Assembly (NCBI GenBank): GCA_963804165.1
Contig: CAWDPO010000024.1
Span: 64,001 to 128,000 of the forward strand
Length of the DNA: 64,000 nucleotides
Origin: an uncultured delta proteobacterium
Lineage (GTDB): Bacteria > Desulfobacterota > Binatia > UBA9968
Direction: 5' to 3'
Part shown: positions 22,254 to 31,599 of the stretch, piece after piece
Layout of the letters: each line of letters opens with the position of its first letter
Position numbering within the stretch: position 1 is the stretch's first letter
Notes under the pieces: generated by a model
Database searches by the model: none
The model's input: the letters and a program-made list of their open reading frames with translations, nothing else
What the model was told of the DNA's origin: nothing
Translations under genes and position numbers: made by a program

Positions 22254-22556
22254 ATGCCGAGAGGCGACAAGTCCAAATACACTCCGAAGCAGATCAGACA
22301 AGCGAGGCATATTGAAGAAGGATATAAGCGGCGCGGAGATAGTCCCAAACGCGCCGCACAACGAGCTTGGGCGATTGTGAATAAAATCTATGGCGGCGGC
22401 GAGAAACCGGGAGGTTCAGGTCGTGGCAAAGGAATAAACAGATCGCCTTACTTAAAGGGTGGAAAGCTGGGCGGCAAAGCGTCGGCCCGACGGCCTTTGG
22501 CAAAACGATCCGCTTCGGCGAAAAAAGCCGCCCGTACGCGAGCACGGAGAAGATGA
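22254..22556 (+). CDS. Highly basic stress-island protein (MPRGDKSKYT family)
   Basis: KQIRQARHIEEGY...AWAIVNK..GGGEKPGGSGRG...SASAKKAARTR. Confidence 0.8.
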   Translation: MPRGDKSKYTPKQIRQARHIEEGYKRRGDSPKRAAQRAWAIVNKIYGGGEKPGGSGRGKGINRSPYLKGGKLGGKASARRPLAKRSASAKKAARTRARRR

Positions 22557-22747
22557 GACGGCGCCAATTCTGGCAAAACCGCTACCCGGGTTCTGGGCCT
22601 GTGTCCGACTCGCCGAACTTTATTAGCTTACCAGATCTTCTAGACCGCCCATCTCACACTCAACGGTGGTAGTAGACTTAGGCAAGTCTGACACGTGTCG
22701 ACACGCTGCAGGTCCGACCCAGCTGTCTTAGATTTTTTAGCAACCTG

Positions 22748-22972
22748 CTAGTAAAGGATAACTCCGAACTCTACCTGTCCCTTCCGCATCTCGTAGTCTC
22801 TACGACTTATTCTCTGACCCCGATAATCTTCCTCCACCTGGTTCATCTGGTAATGGGAGTTAGAGCGGTAGCCTAACACGGGTGTCTTGTTCCCTGACGC
22901 CGTTCCAAGGAATTGGCAACCCCATTGACCAAAAGCGATCATGAGCGCTAGGAGCACGGTAAATTTTCGCAT
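22748..22972 (-). CDS. Small probable lipoprotein (copy 1)
   Basis: GGAGG RBS, signal ending GQWGC; paralog of 27076..27270. Confidence 0.65.
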   Translation of the reverse strand: MRKFTVLLALMIAFGQWGCQFLGTASGNKTPVLGYRSNSHYQMNQVEEDYRGQRISRRDYEMRKGQVEFGVILY

Positions 22973-23296
22973 GTCAACCTCCTTGGGTTGGACAGATTAG
23001 GAGGTTTAAGCAGGCTTACTTAAAAAATTTCGAGTAACCTCAGAAGTGAAACCCCACGTCTAGAATTGCTCAAACTCTACACTGACCGGAGAGGGATTAC
23101 TGTCTAATAGGGGACCCTTTCTTGAAAGGAATGAGCTAAAGAGGCGGGTTAACGAAGCGGCTTCCCGCCGGCTCGCAAACAATCAGCTAACACGCCAGGA
23201 CCGACTGGATTTCACTTAGTTGTCGGGGCACCTCGGTCGCCGTCCCATGGGACGAGAATCATCAAATGGATCGTTTTGTCCTTTAAGTCGCGCCGA

Positions 23297-24202
23297 TCAC
23301 AGCGGTCGAGTAATCAGCACCGGATCGCCGCAATGGCGCACCACCGATTCCGCGACACTCCCCAACACCCAGCGCTTAACGCCGGATCGCCCGTGCGAGG
23401 ACATCGCGATCAAATTGTCCGGCGTTTTTTGTCCTAACAAAATAATTTCATCGGCGGCAAGACCTTCCTTGGTGACGCACGTGATCTTCGCGACCCCAAG
23501 GTTTTTGAGATCGGCTGCCTTCTTGTCTAGATATTGCGCCGCTTCGTCGCGCACGCCGGCGAGCAGCTCCTCGTAATTCCCGGCGTAAAAACCCTCATCG
23601 CCGTCGTAAACGTTGTACGGAATATGATAGGTGCGGAACAACTCGACCTCCAGATCGAGCTTTTTCGCCATGCCGGCGGCCATGGGCAGCACGTCCTCGG
23701 CAAGCTCGGACCCGTCCAGCGGCACAATAATCGACTTGAGCATGGCTTCGCCTTCTGACTTCGCCTCCTCGGTAGCGCGGATCAACAACAGTGGATTCGC
23801 CATGCCGCGCAGGACCTTTTCGGCAACGCTGCCCAACAAGAAGCGATTCAATCCCGACCGGCCGTGCGTCGCCATCGTGATCAGCATCGCTTTATCGGTT
23901 GCCGCTTTTTCAATGATCATGTCTTCGGCTTTGCCCTTTTCCACCGAGCATCGAACATCGGTGCCGGCAAACGTTGTTGCCACGCTTCCTAGATAGCTCG
24001 TGAGGCGGCGGATAGCATCGTCGATGATGGTGTCGAGAAAGCGCGCCTTTTCGCTCGCCATGTGCGAGGCGACCTCGGCGATATCGACCACAGCCAACAA
24101 CTCGACGGGAACCTTAAACTTGCCCGCCAGGTAACGAGCATAGGGCAGGACCTTTTCCGCCGTCTTCGATCCATCCAACGGTACGAGTATTTTGCTGTAC
24201 AT
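23297..24202 (-). CDS. Tandem universal stress protein (USP)
   Basis: Two USP domains: ILVPLDGS...MATHGRSG...LGSVAE. Confidence 0.95.
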   Translation of the reverse strand: MYSKILVPLDGSKTAEKVLPYARYLAGKFKVPVELLAVVDIAEVASHMASEKARFLDTIIDDAIRRLTSYLGSVATTFAGTDVRCSVEKGKAEDMIIEKAATDKAMLITMATHGRSGLNRFLLGSVAEKVLRGMANPLLLIRATEEAKSEGEAMLKSIIVPLDGSELAEDVLPMAAGMAKKLDLEVELFRTYHIPYNVYDGDEGFYAGNYEELLAGVRDEAAQYLDKKAADLKNLGVAKITCVTKEGLAADEIILLGQKTPDNLIAMSSHGRSGVKRWVLGSVAESVVRHCGDPVLITRPL

Positions 24203-24834
24203 GCTTTCCTCCTCGCCGCCTGTTAAAAAAGTCCAGAGGGACTGTCGTCTTCCGTCCTCTGAAGGTAAAACTAACCCGTGATGGATTGCGGTCTAATATT
24301 GGACAAACTCAAAACTATAATTCTGCGTGATGAGAGCTATTTCGCGCGACTCGCAGTAGCGGTTTTGTTTCAATTATCTTTGGCGTTCCCTGTATTAAAT
24401 AGCGACAGGCGGTTTAAAACTCTGAGCCTAGATTGTTTACTCCAAGAAATATTCCAATGGTAGACTCTCTACTTGCTCGCCTTCTGTCTATGCTTCCCGC
24501 GCACGATCACGTGATACAGAACTCCGAGAGCCAACACCCTTCGTCGCCTCGCCATGCATTCCCTCCAATAGGGGAGATAAGAAATTCTCAAGATTGGCTA
24601 GACTAGAAAAGCTGACCCCAACATTTTTTCTTGTCCCGGGGTAGCGGGCCGAAAAACTGCCGCCAAATCGACGAAATCGTCGAACTAAAGTGCAATTCAC
24701 AAACGCCACGCTGTTTGTTTCATTCCCGCAACAATTAACCGGAATCTCGTAATCCGAGGAGAATAAACAGAATGATGAAATTCGTTTCACAACAATTTTC
24801 ATTGAGAGTTTGCGGAGCGTACGCCAGTTTTCGT

Positions 24835-24850
24835 TGGCACAACAGTTGCG
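24835..24850 (+). promoter_or_regulatory. Sigma-54 promoter
   Basis: TGGCACAACAGTTGCG about 58 bp before ATG 24908. Confidence 0.8.
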
Positions 24851-24907
24851 CCCAATCATACCCGAATACGTGTATTCAACGACATAGAAAATCACAGGAG
24901 GCGCGCG

Positions 24908-25678
24908 ATGAAAACACTTGTTGGTATTTTTAGTTCCCCGGCAGACGCTGGCCGGGCTTATAGCGATTTACGTTCGCTCAACCTTCACGGCGAAGATCTC
25001 ATTGTCCTGACGCCCGAGGCCTCTTTACAGCAAATCGATGCCGTACCCACGGAAGACGGTGAGCAGCCGGGCATGGGTAAAGCCCTCGGAGGGGTGATCG
25101 GCGGCGCGATGGGGCTAGCCGCCGGCGCGGCGGTGGCCAGCCTGCTTCTCCCCGGTGTGGGAGCGGTATTGGCGATTGGTCTGGGAGCAGGGACTCTCGG
25201 ACTTGGCGGAGCCATTGCCGGAGCTGCGGGCGGCGGAGCGCTTGAAGAAGGACTTACACAGGGCTTGCCGAAGGATGAAATCTTTCTCTATGAGGAGGCG
25301 CTGCGACAAGGCCGCACGGTGATTGTCGTCACTTCCGAGGACGATGATCTACTGACCCAAAGCCGCCAGCTCATGGAACGCAACGGCGCTGAAAGCTTGG
25401 ATGCAGCTCGCGAGAAATGGTGGATAGGCCTTCGCGATACGGATGCGGCTGATTACGATGCGCCACAGGAGGCTCGGAACGAACCCCTGTATCGATCTGG
25501 ATTTCAAGCCGCGTTGCAACCTGACTTGAGAGGGAAGCCACTCCAGGATGGGCGCAGCATCTTGAAAGAACGCTTTCCACTCATCTATCAGGAAGAGTGG
25601 TTTCAACGGGGCTACGCGGGAGCCCAGGAATATTATTCGAACTTGCGCAAGAAAGAGCCGATAGCAGTAGCGATGTGA
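24908..25678 (+). CDS. General stress membrane protein (paralog of 14916..15692)
   Basis: TEDGEQPGMGKA, GLPKDEIFLYEEALRQGRTV, AREKWWIGLRD. Confidence 0.78.
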   Translation: MKTLVGIFSSPADAGRAYSDLRSLNLHGEDLIVLTPEASLQQIDAVPTEDGEQPGMGKALGGVIGGAMGLAAGAAVASLLLPGVGAVLAIGLGAGTLGLGGAIAGAAGGGALEEGLTQGLPKDEIFLYEEALRQGRTVIVVTSEDDDLLTQSRQLMERNGAESLDAAREKWWIGLRDTDAADYDAPQEARNEPLYRSGFQAALQPDLRGKPLQDGRSILKERFPLIYQEEWFQRGYAGAQEYYSNLRKKEPIAVAM

Positions 25679-25894
25679 TCGCGGGTGAGTCCGAGCCAAG
25701 CGCGTGGCTCGGGAGTGAACATAATATTGTGGCGACGTTTCTTTCATCCACTCGATGAAGCGTTGACTATCTGAAGATTAAGCGTGGAAAGGTCTTGCAA
25801 TGACACATGTAATGCAAGATGCGACCCCATTAACTCAGCGTGCCACCCGCCGACAGCGCGGCCCGGTAATCTGAAAGGTCGCCACCCTGGTCGC

Positions 25895-26083
25895 TCAACG
25901 GCCAAGCAACGCCGGCAGAAGGAAGGTCCAGACCATTACCGCGGCACCAGTCAAAATCACGCCCACCATCATGGCCCAGGTCAGATGCATGGAACTAAGA
26001 TACTTTCCTCGGGTAGGGTGCGCGTGCTCCTCTTTCTTTTGTTCTCGCTCTTGTCGATGGGACAGATCGCCTTCGTGGCTCAT
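25895..26083 (-). CDS. Small single-TM hypothetical protein
   Basis: AAGGAG RBS, charged N-terminus plus hydrophobic C-terminal helix. Confidence 0.55.
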   Translation of the reverse strand: MSHEGDLSHRQEREQKKEEHAHPTRGKYLSSMHLTWAMMVGVILTGAAVMVWTFLLPALLGR

Positions 26084-26547
26084 ATCGTCTCCTTATTCCT
26101 GGCACCCCTCTGATCGTCTGGCAGGACCAACTTATTCACGAGAGGGCATCAGCATTTCAACGAAAAGCAGCCTTTCCGCTTTTCTGCACTCATTGTCCGC
26201 TGAGCCGTCACGAATTGCTGTCCACTATTGAACGATCCTGCAAAGAATTATTGTCCGGGAGGGCGGCAACGTCCTGCGACTAATTCCCCGGTAACTTTGT
26301 CTTATATTGAACAGACGTCCTCTTGGATGGAAGTGTATAGTGTAAGTACAATTGCGCTGATCGATGAGGGAATATTTCAAAAACGATATCAGGCTTCGAG
26401 GATAAACCCGACGGCCGGAAGCGCTATCAATTATTTTCGACGCAATCTTTAATTGTTCGCTGATCCTCAATTCGCCTGGCTAGGGTTACCACAGCGCCTT
26501 TATCCCGATAGCGGCATCATGGAATAGAAAAAGCAGGAGAAAGCAAA

Positions 26548-26805
26548 ATGGATTTGGAAAAAGCAAAGCTGAATCCCGCAGCCGTTTTTAAGACCCCTGA
26601 AGAAATCGTTTCAAGCCAAGAATTGTCGCGCGAACAAAAACTTGAAATCCTTCGGCGATGGGAACAGGACGCGATGTCGATGGAAGTCGCCGACGAAGAA
26701 GGCATGCCCGGCCCGCAACCCAAATTGCTCCAGCCGATTCGCGCCGCTCTGCACGCCCTCAACTATTGGCCGGATACCGAGCACTCGAGCCCCAGCAAAG
26801 CCTAA
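26548..26805 (+). CDS. Conserved ~85-aa helical hypothetical protein (paralog of 18065..18340)
   Basis: FKTPEEIV...SREQKLEILRRWEQD...VADEEGMPGPQ...EHSSPSK. Confidence 0.8.
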   Translation: MDLEKAKLNPAAVFKTPEEIVSSQELSREQKLEILRRWEQDAMSMEVADEEGMPGPQPKLLQPIRAALHALNYWPDTEHSSPSKA

Positions 26806-27075
26806 GAACCGGACCGCCATCTTTCAAGATGACTTTTTTCGGTCTGGCCATCGATCCGGTAGGCAGTCGAGAGAGTCTAAAGTGGTTGACTTGAACGATT
26901 GCGAGCCGCTGGGAACCCGCTTCAGTAACCCGGCTTTTAGCTAGATTCAAGACTGCGATAATTCTTTTCAAGACACGGTCCCATATTAGACAGTAATCCC
27001 TCTCCAGTCAGCGTAGAGTTTGAGCAATTCTAAGCATGGGGTTTCTCCTAATCTGTCCAACCAAAGGAGGTTGAG

Positions 27076-27270
27076 ATGCAAAAATTTACGGTCCTACTAG
27101 CGCTCGTAATCGCTCTCGGTCAATGGGGTTGCCAATTCCATGGAGGCTACGACGCTAACTCCTATTACCAGATGAACCAGCTGGAAGATGTTTATCGAGA
27201 ACAAAGAATAACTCGCACTGACTACGAGCTCCGTAAAGGACCGGTAGAGATAGCATTTACCGTTTACTAG
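27076..27270 (+). CDS. Small probable lipoprotein (copy 2; inverted duplicate including upstream DNA from 26966)
   Basis: High nucleotide similarity to reverse complement of 22748..23127. Confidence 0.65.
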   Translation: MQKFTVLLALVIALGQWGCQFHGGYDANSYYQMNQLEDVYREQRITRTDYELRKGPVEIAFTVY

Positions 27271-27342
27271 GCGAAGATTCGAGCACTTCGCCTGATGATG
27301 ATCGTTTGATGTAATCATGAAAGGTGAAAGGGAGACCGACAG

Positions 27343-27574
27343 ATGCGAAAAAAAACCAAGACCACGCCGAAAAAGGCCAGCCCGAAAAAATCCCGCGCCA
27401 GGAAACGCAATTCAATCCAGACGAAGAAAGTCGCCGTGAAACCAAAGGCAGAAGACAGCGTTCTGGGAAAAACTCAAGAATGCGTTGGACGACACCGTCG
27501 CTAAAATCAAAATGTTTCTGCCCCGGGAAAGCGCCGGCAAAGAGGTCGACCAGCCGAAAAGCGCCGCCGAATAA
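27343..27574 (+). CDS. Lys/Arg-rich histone-like small protein (one-base frameshift)
   Basis: GGGAG RBS; MRKKTKTTPKKASPKKSRARKR... then shifted frame FWEKLKNALDDTVAKIK. Confidence 0.5.
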
Positions 27575-27610
27575 CACAGCAGCCGCGGTCAAGTCATGCA
27601 ATCCGACATC

Positions 27611-27720
27611 CTACTTCCGTCGCACTATCTGTTTGAGCCTGCGGGTCACCTTCGCGTAATGGACTCCCAAATGCGCGGCGATCTCATGCAGCCGAAACCC
27701 GTGCTCGCGGTACGCCAGAA
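27611..27720 (-). pseudogene. C-terminal HTH fragment of RAYT-type transposase
   Basis: AYREHGFRLHEIAAHLGVHYAKVTRRLKQ. Confidence 0.7.
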
Positions 27721-27975
27721 TGTGCGAAATACCGATTGAACGCATTGTTAACATACATCGTCGCCTGGAACCTGCGATCTTTGAAGAAGGCAAAAGAAAA
27801 CCGTCACGCGTCGAGGTCATAATCATTTGAAAAGAAAGTCGGGAATGCCTGACCCCCCATACGGTCGGAACTGCGGCGGTGTCTATTGGGAGTATTTCGG
27901 AACGAATTTTGTTTCGCAGCACGCTACGCATGAAGCCACCGCAGAGCGGATCGCCAAGCTCGGGGACGAGACATC

Positions 27976-28596
27976 ATGACTGAAGATCCAGAGGTTCGCG
28001 CGTGGAAGAATTGCCATCCCGATGATCTTTGGATTTTTGACAAATTATTGTTGAGCAAGCAATTCAACTATCTGTGCGGTCCAGGTTGCGTTCCCGTACC
28101 GAAAGCTGATTTCTACGTCGTAAGGCCGGTCATGAATCTCTACGGAATGGGCGTCGGCGCCGAGGTCAAATGGTTGACGCCGACAGATTCCACCGCCGTG
28201 CCTCCGGGTTATTTTTGGTGCGAAGAATTTAAGGGGCGCCATTTGAGTATCGATTATGACCGGAACGGCCTCCAACTTAACTGTGTCGAAGGATTTCGAC
28301 GCGCCAACGCGCCTTTATATAAATTCTCTGAATGGAAGGTCGTGAATCAACTCAGAGAGTTTCCCGGCGTACTGAAAAATCTGGTCGGAACTTATGAGTT
28401 TTATAATGTCGAGATGATCGGCGACAAAATCATTGAGGTTCATTTGAGGCAAAATCATGATCCAATTCAAAACGACCTCAGAGTCTGTTGGGAAAAAGAT
28501 AAGAATCATGAAAACCTGAGATTATTGCCGCATCATGAAGATGCGGATGGCTATTTACCTGAAAAAAGACTCGGCTTCTATATTTCGAGGCGTTAA
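27976..28596 (+). CDS. Low-GC hypothetical protein, phage-like ATP-grasp-related
   Basis: DLWIFDKLLLS...CGP, VVRPVMNLYGMG, PGYFWCEEFKGRHLSIDY, NVEMIGDKIIEVHLR. Confidence 0.6.
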   Translation: MTEDPEVRAWKNCHPDDLWIFDKLLLSKQFNYLCGPGCVPVPKADFYVVRPVMNLYGMGVGAEVKWLTPTDSTAVPPGYFWCEEFKGRHLSIDYDRNGLQLNCVEGFRRANAPLYKFSEWKVVNQLREFPGVLKNLVGTYEFYNVEMIGDKIIEVHLRQNHDPIQNDLRVCWEKDKNHENLRLLPHHEDADGYLPEKRLGFYISRR

Positions 28597-28618
28597 AAAT
28601 AACAAGGAGTAAAACCCT

Positions 28619-29104
28619 ATGCAAAGAATTAGTCCATTTTTGTGGTTCGACGACAAAGCCGAAGAGGCGGCGGTTTTTTATACCTCCATTTTCAAAAATT
28701 CGAAGATCACGACCATTGTTCGCTATGGAGATTCGGGTGCAGAGGTCACCGGAAGAGCCAAGGGAACGGTCATGACCGTGGCCTTCCATCTCGACGGGCA
28801 AGAATTCGTCGCGTTAAACGGCGGACCGCAATACAAATTCACTGAAGCCGTATCGTTTGTCGTGAACTGCCAAACGCAGGAAGAGGTCGATGAATATTGG
28901 AAGAAACTCTCGGACGGAGGTCAGGAAGTGCAATGCGGCTGGCTCAAGGACAAATACGGCTTATCATGGCAAATTGTTCCGACTATTTTAAGCGAAATGC
29001 TAAATGACCCTGATCCAAAGAAGGCGGACAGAGTGATGAAGGCAATGCTTCAAATGAAGAAAATTGACATCAAAGGTCTAAAGCAAGCGTATGAGCAACA
29101 ATGA
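28619..29104 (+). CDS. VOC/PhnB-like (3-demethylubiquinone-9 3-methyltransferase family) protein
   Basis: [33 protein letters not shown]. Confidence 0.93.
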   Translation: MQRISPFLWFDDKAEEAAVFYTSIFKNSKITTIVRYGDSGAEVTGRAKGTVMTVAFHLDGQEFVALNGGPQYKFTEAVSFVVNCQTQEEVDEYWKKLSDGGQEVQCGWLKDKYGLSWQIVPTILSEMLNDPDPKKADRVMKAMLQMKKIDIKGLKQAYEQQ

Positions 29105-29212
29105 GACAAAATCCATTTTAGCTCGGCGTCAGAAAGCGGACAGGCTACCACGAGCCCGCGACCTTTCAACGGAAAAGTAGCCTGTCACCTTTTCTGCTCT
29201 CTTTTCTGCTCC

Positions 29213-30016
29213 TTATCCGTCTCCGCCCAGATCGCGGTAACGCATCATGGCCCAGGTGAACAAGCCGTGGGCAATCAAACCAGCGGCGGTAGCGCCGAGC
29301 AGCCACGGGCCGAAAGGTTGTTCCATGAGAGTCGCAAGTGCCTTTGTCATGCCGCCTGCGTTATCGGAATCGGAATTTACGGCCGCTTGCACGAGAAAAA
29401 GGCCGACAAGTGCGATCAGCAAAGCCCGTGCGCAAAAGCCCATCCGGCCGAGAGTGATCACCGCAATCTTCTCCCAAGCATGCATGTCGCGCAGCGCGAG
29501 TTTCTCGCGGAACTTCGCCCGGTAGCCCACCAGGAGCTGACTGATGCTGATCCCAAAGGCCACCACGCCCGCGGCCCCAACCAGCCAACGTCCGAATCCC
29601 TGCGACATCAGCCAGCTTGTCCCCGACTGCGCGGCTTGATCCCCACTCTCCCCGCCACCCATCACGCCGAGCCCTGACAGGACTGTCCTCGCCGCCATGT
29701 ATGCGAGATAGATATGGAGGAAACCGCTGGCACCGTACAACACCCGGGGGCCTTTGCCGACGTTTTCGGGGTCCTTGAACGCCTCCACGAACTTCCACGC
29801 CGAATAGTGCAGCAAGCCGACGGCGAGGATTACCAGAAGCGTGCCCCCGAATGGACGCCGGCCGATTTCCTCGAGAGCTCCCTTCGTGTCACCCGTTTTA
29901 CCGCCGAAACCAACCGCGACCTGCAGGGCAAGCAACCCAACGGCGAGATAAACCGCGCCCTTGGCGAGAAACCCAAAACGAATGATGAATTTTAGAAAGC
30001 GGCTTTGAGACTTCAT
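29213..30016 (-). CDS. DUF1206 multi-pass membrane protein
   Basis: RFGFLAKGAVY, GAL..I...PFG repeats, QPFGPWLLG. Confidence 0.85.
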   Translation of the reverse strand: MKSQSRFLKFIIRFGFLAKGAVYLAVGLLALQVAVGFGGKTGDTKGALEEIGRRPFGGTLLVILAVGLLHYSAWKFVEAFKDPENVGKGPRVLYGASGFLHIYLAYMAARTVLSGLGVMGGGESGDQAAQSGTSWLMSQGFGRWLVGAAGVVAFGISISQLLVGYRAKFREKLALRDMHAWEKIAVITLGRMGFCARALLIALVGLFLVQAAVNSDSDNAGGMTKALATLMEQPFGPWLLGATAAGLIAHGLFTWAMMRYRDLGGDG

Positions 30017-30209
30017 GCCGGATAATCTGTGAGGCGAGGAAAGAACCCAACCACGGCATGCCGATGCTCGATACCGGCCATCGTTGGACGCGAGAAGGTA
30101 AGCGAAATTTCCGGTTTGTCCATCGGAGCCGAAAAAACGGTTGGTCCGGCTCGTCACCCTGAAGAGCAGAGCTATTTTTCTCCACCCAACATCGCCGCTT
30201 GGTCTACTA

Positions 30210-30455
30210 TCACTTGATCACCTTGTCCGCCCCGCGCCAGCACGTGGGCGGTACCATTACACCGATCTGCTTCGCCGTCCTTAACTTGACGACGAACCCA
30301 AACTTCGTCGGCTGCTCAACGGGCAGGTCGGCAGGCTTGGTGCCCTTCAAAATTTTGTCGCACGCACAACGAACACGCTCGCCCCACAGCTCAGGAATGT
30401 TCGGACCATACCCCATGAGGCCGCCGTCCTCTGCATGCTCCCGGAGAGGAGCCAT
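30210..30455 (-). pseudogene. C-terminal fragment of ABC substrate-binding protein (ABC_sub_bind family)
   Basis: GGLMGYG...DKILKGTKPADLPVEQPTKF..VV.LRTAKQIG; N-terminus missing. Confidence 0.85.
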
Positions 30456-30579
30456 TAGAGGAACGCTGGTGCTTCATGGCGAACTCGAAGCCCAACTAAT
30501 AAGTATATTGCCGCATTGCTAGCAGTGTATTACGTTCCGGTTTTCGTTCTCAATAAAGCTAAACTGCGCAAAATATCAC

Positions 30580-30965
30580 CCGCCTACCCGTGCGGGATTG
30601 GGCACGATGTAGCGGCGGAGCTCCAGGAGATGAGATTCCTTATCCACCAGGATCGCCTTGAACCGGCCTTGAAACAGGTGGCCGACCCGTTTGTGACGGC
30701 GGTTTAAAACTCTGAGTATAGATCCCGTTGAGCTGGCGCATGCCAATGGACAGATTGGCCTTGGGCGTCTCGATCAGCAAACGATAATGATTGGCCATCA
30801 AACGTAGGCGTGACAAATCCAAGCATAACGACTGACCGCCCCGGAGAGAGTATTGAGAAACAACTCGCGGTCGGCGTCCGTAAAAAACACTTTCTGGCGC
30901 GCCTTGCCGCGGCTCGTCACATGATGAATCGCACGGGCAAATTCTAGGCGTAGGGGGCGCGCCAT
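30580..30965 (-). pseudogene. N-terminal part of REP-associated tyrosine (Y1/HUH) transposase
   Basis: Manual translation MARPLRLEF.RAIHHVTSRG.ARQ...LMANHYRLLIETPKANLS.GMRQLNGIYTQ.F...GHLFQGRFKAILVD; frameshifted, HxH degenerate. Confidence 0.85.
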
Positions 30966-31091
30966 AGCCCTGCTTTCTTTATCCGATGACGAGATGTGTC
31001 ATTGCAAGACCTCTCCCCTTTTCTTCCGGTCCCTTTTCTTCCGCCAAACATGCTATAGCTCTAATGGCTCAGAGCTTCTACACGGGTAGCT

Positions 31092-31444
31092 ATGCCAAAA
31101 ACAATCCTCGTGGTTGACAACGAACTTCGTAGTCGGCAGCTCATCGCTCACCTGTTGCGCGAGGAGGGTTATAAGGTAGACGAGGCGGACGACGGTGTAA
31201 GCGCACTCGAAATACTTGAAAAGAAGATCTTTGATCTTATGATTTGTGATGTCGTCATGCCGCGCCTTAACGCATTCGGCGTCCTCGGTTACATGAAGTC
31301 CCGCTCATTATCGACTTCAATTATCCTCATAACCGGTCACCCCAATTTGCTTGCGGACAAAGGGCTCGGAAGCTTAACCTGTTTAATGAAGCCTTTAACA
31401 TGTATGATCTATTGCATAAGGTCAAAGAAATGTTGGGTAAATAA
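31092..31444 (+). CDS. Single-domain response regulator receiver (C-terminal frameshift)
   Basis: ILVVDNE, CDVVMP, LITG, KP(F)NMYDLLHKVKEML in shifted frame. Confidence 0.8.
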
Positions 31445-31599
31445 ACGCAGTGAAACCACTTTCTACGTGAGTCGCTACAACGCCGTCATGACCGACCTGT
31501 TCACGGCTTTTTATTGTTATAACAGCACTAAGACATGTTGAATATTTTTCGGCAAAGAGATATTTGGCAACCAAGTTCAGCGATAGCGGAGTGTGTAAT

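Larger units (their letters stand above)
27585..31018 (-). mobile_element. Decayed RAYT/Y1-transposase element with degenerate inverted ends and internal cargo
   Basis: Ends 27585-27609 and 30994-31018 are imperfect inverted repeats (17/25); transposase N-half at 30580-30965, C-terminal HTH at 27611-27720. Confidence 0.6.

Noticed and set aside
23105-23200. c-di-AMP (ydaO) riboswitch-like words GGGGACCC and TCAGCTAAC
   Set aside because: Internal GGGGYGAAU and pairing elements are missing, and there is no downstream plus-strand gene.
27976-29104. Prophage
   Set aside because: Only one phage-like gene; no integrase, structural or replication genes.
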